In this document: one piece after another, positions 35,791 through 38,421 of the stretch
How positions within the stretch are numbered: the first letter of the stretch is position 1
Layout: each line of letters opens with the position of its first letter
DNA from: Octopus bimaculoides
Taxonomy: Eukaryota
Assembly (NCBI RefSeq): GCF_001194135.2
Contig: NC_068981.1
Location: 55,406,386-55,444,806 of the forward strand
Reading direction: 5' to 3'
Length of the DNA stretch: 38,421 bases
Made by a program: the position numbers and the translations under genes
Notes under the pieces: generated by a model
The model's input: only the letters and a program-made list of their open reading frames with translations
Database searches by the model: none
Told to the model about the DNA's origin: nothing

Positions 35791-36748
35791 CTTTTAGGCA
35801 CGAAACCCTGGAATAGTAATTTGAAGGTGATCCATAGCACAGCCGTAAGACTAGAAAAAAAGGAAACTATAACTGAATACAATTTAAGCACGAACATATT
35901 ACATTTTCTAATGCTTCAAATGTGTATATTAAACCATTACATACATACAAACATACGTAAGAGAGAGAGAGAGAGAGAGTGTGTGTGTAATAGTTATTAA
36001 TATCAATATATATTTAACAAGTACAGTATTGTTTAATCCAATATAACAGTGGTTCTTTTTGAGAGTTACAAGAATTCTTGCTTTTTTTGCCTATGCAACA
36101 ATCTGGTGGAACCACTACTATATTGGATCATAAAATAACTGTCCTTGTTTGTTTAATATTTAGAAAGAAAGAAAGAAAGACATGGTTGGATATTAATATT
36201 TGAAACTTTGTTTATTCCTTTCGAAAACTTAATGATGTTTTTATTGTATTCTAGTTTCTAGTTGTATTTTCTTCTTAGCTTTGATTGTAATATGACGGAT
36301 CATCCGTGTCATTCAAACGTTTCCCAAGGGTATTAGAGGCCTAAAGGGAATAGTTTTAGCTGAGGAATGAAACTATATCTCGTCTCGATTACTGGAACTT
36401 ACCACTTGTTTTAGTGTGCTTGTCAGTTACTAATACTTACATAAGACACATAACAACACACACTTAGTGATTGCTAACGTTTTCTCTTTCTCATATACCT
36501 ACATGAGCGCGTGCGCACACATACACGCATTAATGGATGCATGAGGGTACGCACACGTCTGTAAGATGCGCCAACATATTAGAAGTACATGCTATGCCGC
36601 TACATATTTATATATGAGAGTGTACACGTTTGGGCATTGTACGTATGTATGTTATTTAGATATTGCATTTGTTGGGTTTAAAATTACAATGAGTTTAAAG
36701 AAAAAGAACGAACTACCTCTGAGAACACACACACACACACTAACATAC

Positions 36749-36948
36749 AGTGAAGAAAGAGGGTTGTCTGATGTCTTGAAGGCAGCTTCAGTGTTGATCG
36801 ACCTGAAGTTCATCACCACCTGCTCTGCCTTACCTACTCGAACTATCAGGGAATCCGGTGTGAGAAAGCAGCCTTGCTGAGAGTTCTTCCTACATGACAC
36901 TAAAAGGCGCAACAGGATACTTAACTCTCTCTCTTTTTGTCTCATGTT
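36749..36948 (-). CDS. Weak candidate coding exon (NMRQKERELSILLRLLVSCRKNSQQGCFLTPDSLIVRVGKAEQVVMNFRSINTEAAFKTSDNPLSS), unknown gene
   Basis: Acceptor CATCTTTTCAG, donor CT|GTATGT, 200 nt open, raised GC. No homology recognised. Confidence 0.28.
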
Positions 36949-37314
36949 CTGAAAAGATGTTTTCCAGAGAGCAACAGATATAGGAACAAAACAATGTTTC
37001 TACTATCAGACAGAAGCTATCAAATGATAGGACTGAACAGATAAAAGAATCAAGCCAAACAGTGTATATCATAATTAGTCAAAAAAATGTTGGAGTTGTA
37101 CTGTTCCGAATTTTACATTGTACGCTTTAACAAGACACAGTATTATGCGAGTCTAATCGAATTACACTGTGAAGTTACTATGCTATGTTTCAAAACTTAG
37201 TTTCCCATATTTTCATAAAAATTTCACAACATTGTAATTTCTGCTGTCCCAATAGCAATTATTATTTCGTTTGAGTGAGAGGAGTGAGTCGTCTTTTTCT
37301 TTATTTTTTCATCG

Positions 37315-37475
37315 CAGGCGTGGTTGTGTTAAGAAGCTTGCTTCCCAACCACATGGTTCTGGGTTCAGTCCCACTGCGTGGCACTTTGGACAAGTGTCTT
37401 CTGCTATAGCCTCGAGCCGACCAAAGCCTTGTGAGTGGACTTCGTACACGGAAACTGAAAGAAGCCCGTCGTGTG
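37315..37475 (+). mobile_element. Well-preserved CORE-like tRNA-SINE (OK-like) ending in (TA)n
   Basis: TTAAGAAGCTTGCTTCCCAACCACATGGTTCTGGGTTCAGTCCCACTGCGTGGCACTTTGGACAAGTGTCTTCTGCTATAGCC..GGAAACTGAAAGAAGCCCGTCG. Confidence 0.88.
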
Positions 37476-37496
37476 TGTATATATATATATATATAT

Positions 37497-38185
37497 GGAT
37501 CTTTGTGGTTTGACGGGCAACATTTGTTTTCTTAACGAAACACTTTCAAACTTGGGACACTGGTAGAATGTGTCATATAAAACAACTTCTTCTCTTAACC
37601 TTCTTAACAAAAAAGTGTACATCGCAAGTTATTTTCATGTTAAAGTTGTCGTATTTCTGTAATTTCAACCAATCACTGAAGTCTATTCAGCTGAATACAG
37701 TTACTGCTGTTCGGTGTCAAGTGTGTTATTCCCTGTTTAATTATATCATTATTTCCTAGTTAGGGTTTTAGGGTTAGGGTTGGGGTTAGGGTTAGAGTTA
37801 AGGTTATGGCAAAAATAATAATAACCCTAACCGTAATCCTAAAACTAACCCTAACTCTAAAACCCGAACCCTAAAGCTAAAACCAGTACAAACGCACGAA
37901 CGATGTCATAAATAAGAGTAACACAGGTAGTTGTTGTTGACAAACAACGGGACTAATTTTATTCAAGGGAAAAGATCCCATGACACCGTTACGGCATTAA
38001 TTGTTTTCACCTCAATAGACGTTAGTAATAGGTTGAAATTACCGAAATACGACAATTTTTTTACATAAAATAACTTCAAATACAAATTTTTTTATCTGTT
38101 CTATACCACAAAATATACAAATATTCGAAGTTTGAAAGTGTTTCGGTACCAAAAACACTACAAAAAAAATGTTGCCCAAAGATCC
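37497..38185. mobile_element. 689-bp foldback DNA element in (TA)n
   Basis: GGATCTTTG..GGCAACATT..CGAAACACTTTCAAACTT and AAGTTATTTT..TTGTCGTATTTC.GTAATTTCAACC..GTCTATT each have inverted counterparts in the right arm. (TA)n lies on both flanks. Confidence 0.85.
37760..37884. repeat. Inverted telomere-like arrays, degenerate (TTAGGG)n then (CCCTAA)n
   Basis: TTAGGG-like units at 37760-37807, a short A-rich spacer, and CCCTAA-like units at 37822-37884. Confidence 0.9.
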
Positions 38186-38202
38186 ATATATATATATATA
38201 TA

Positions 38203-38421
38203 TGTAAGAACGACCGTGCAAACCCAAAAGGAGAAATAGTGACGAATGGAAAAACAGGCTCCTTTATTAAACGCGTCACACGGTCGAACACAAAATATAT
38301 CAAATGATATATATATGTTACACTTCGATAACATAGAGAATTCGTAAATGCCAGTAAGGAAGACGATAGGAACACAACCGTATGAGATGAATAACAGTAA
38401 GATTTATTGTAGCATAAAATT
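38203..38421 (-). mobile_element. LTR (U5 end) related to the 33748-34804 solo LTR; continues beyond the window
   Basis: TGTAAGAACGACCGTGC..AAAGGAG..GGCTCCTTT..CACGGTCGAACACAAAATA..TGCCAGTAA..TTTATT aligns to 33748-33951. Confidence 0.82.

Noticed and set aside
37760-37884. Genuine ancestral chromosome end-to-end fusion site
   Set aside because: The arrays are very short and sit at the symmetry centre of a larger inverted-repeat element with TA flanks.

Overview
This is AT-rich eukaryotic DNA, dense in microsatellites and transposons, with four assembly gaps. The SINE families and repeat make-up point to a cephalopod, probably Octopus (inferred, not proven). No complete host gene can be supported; I found only weak minus-strand exon candidates. 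Contents: tRNA-derived SINEs of at least three types, RTE-like 3' tails, RTE and CRE LINE remnants, one Tc1 and three mariner fossils, two piggyBac-type MITE families, two foldback elements (one with an inverted TTAGGG/CCCTAA core) and two related LTRs. The main finding is a three-level nest at 32873-35790. A tRNA-SINE is split between its A box and B box by a non-LTR element that encodes only an L1/Tx1-type ORF1 (RRM-like region plus CCHC knuckle) and ends in AATAAA with no ORF2. That element is itself interrupted by a 1057-bp antisense solo LTR with an AAAG target-site duplication (TSD). It is a candidate SINE-targeting, ORF1-only (half-L1-like) retroelement. All calls are by eye; no database searches were run, and SINE boundaries are approximate unless a TSD is stated.
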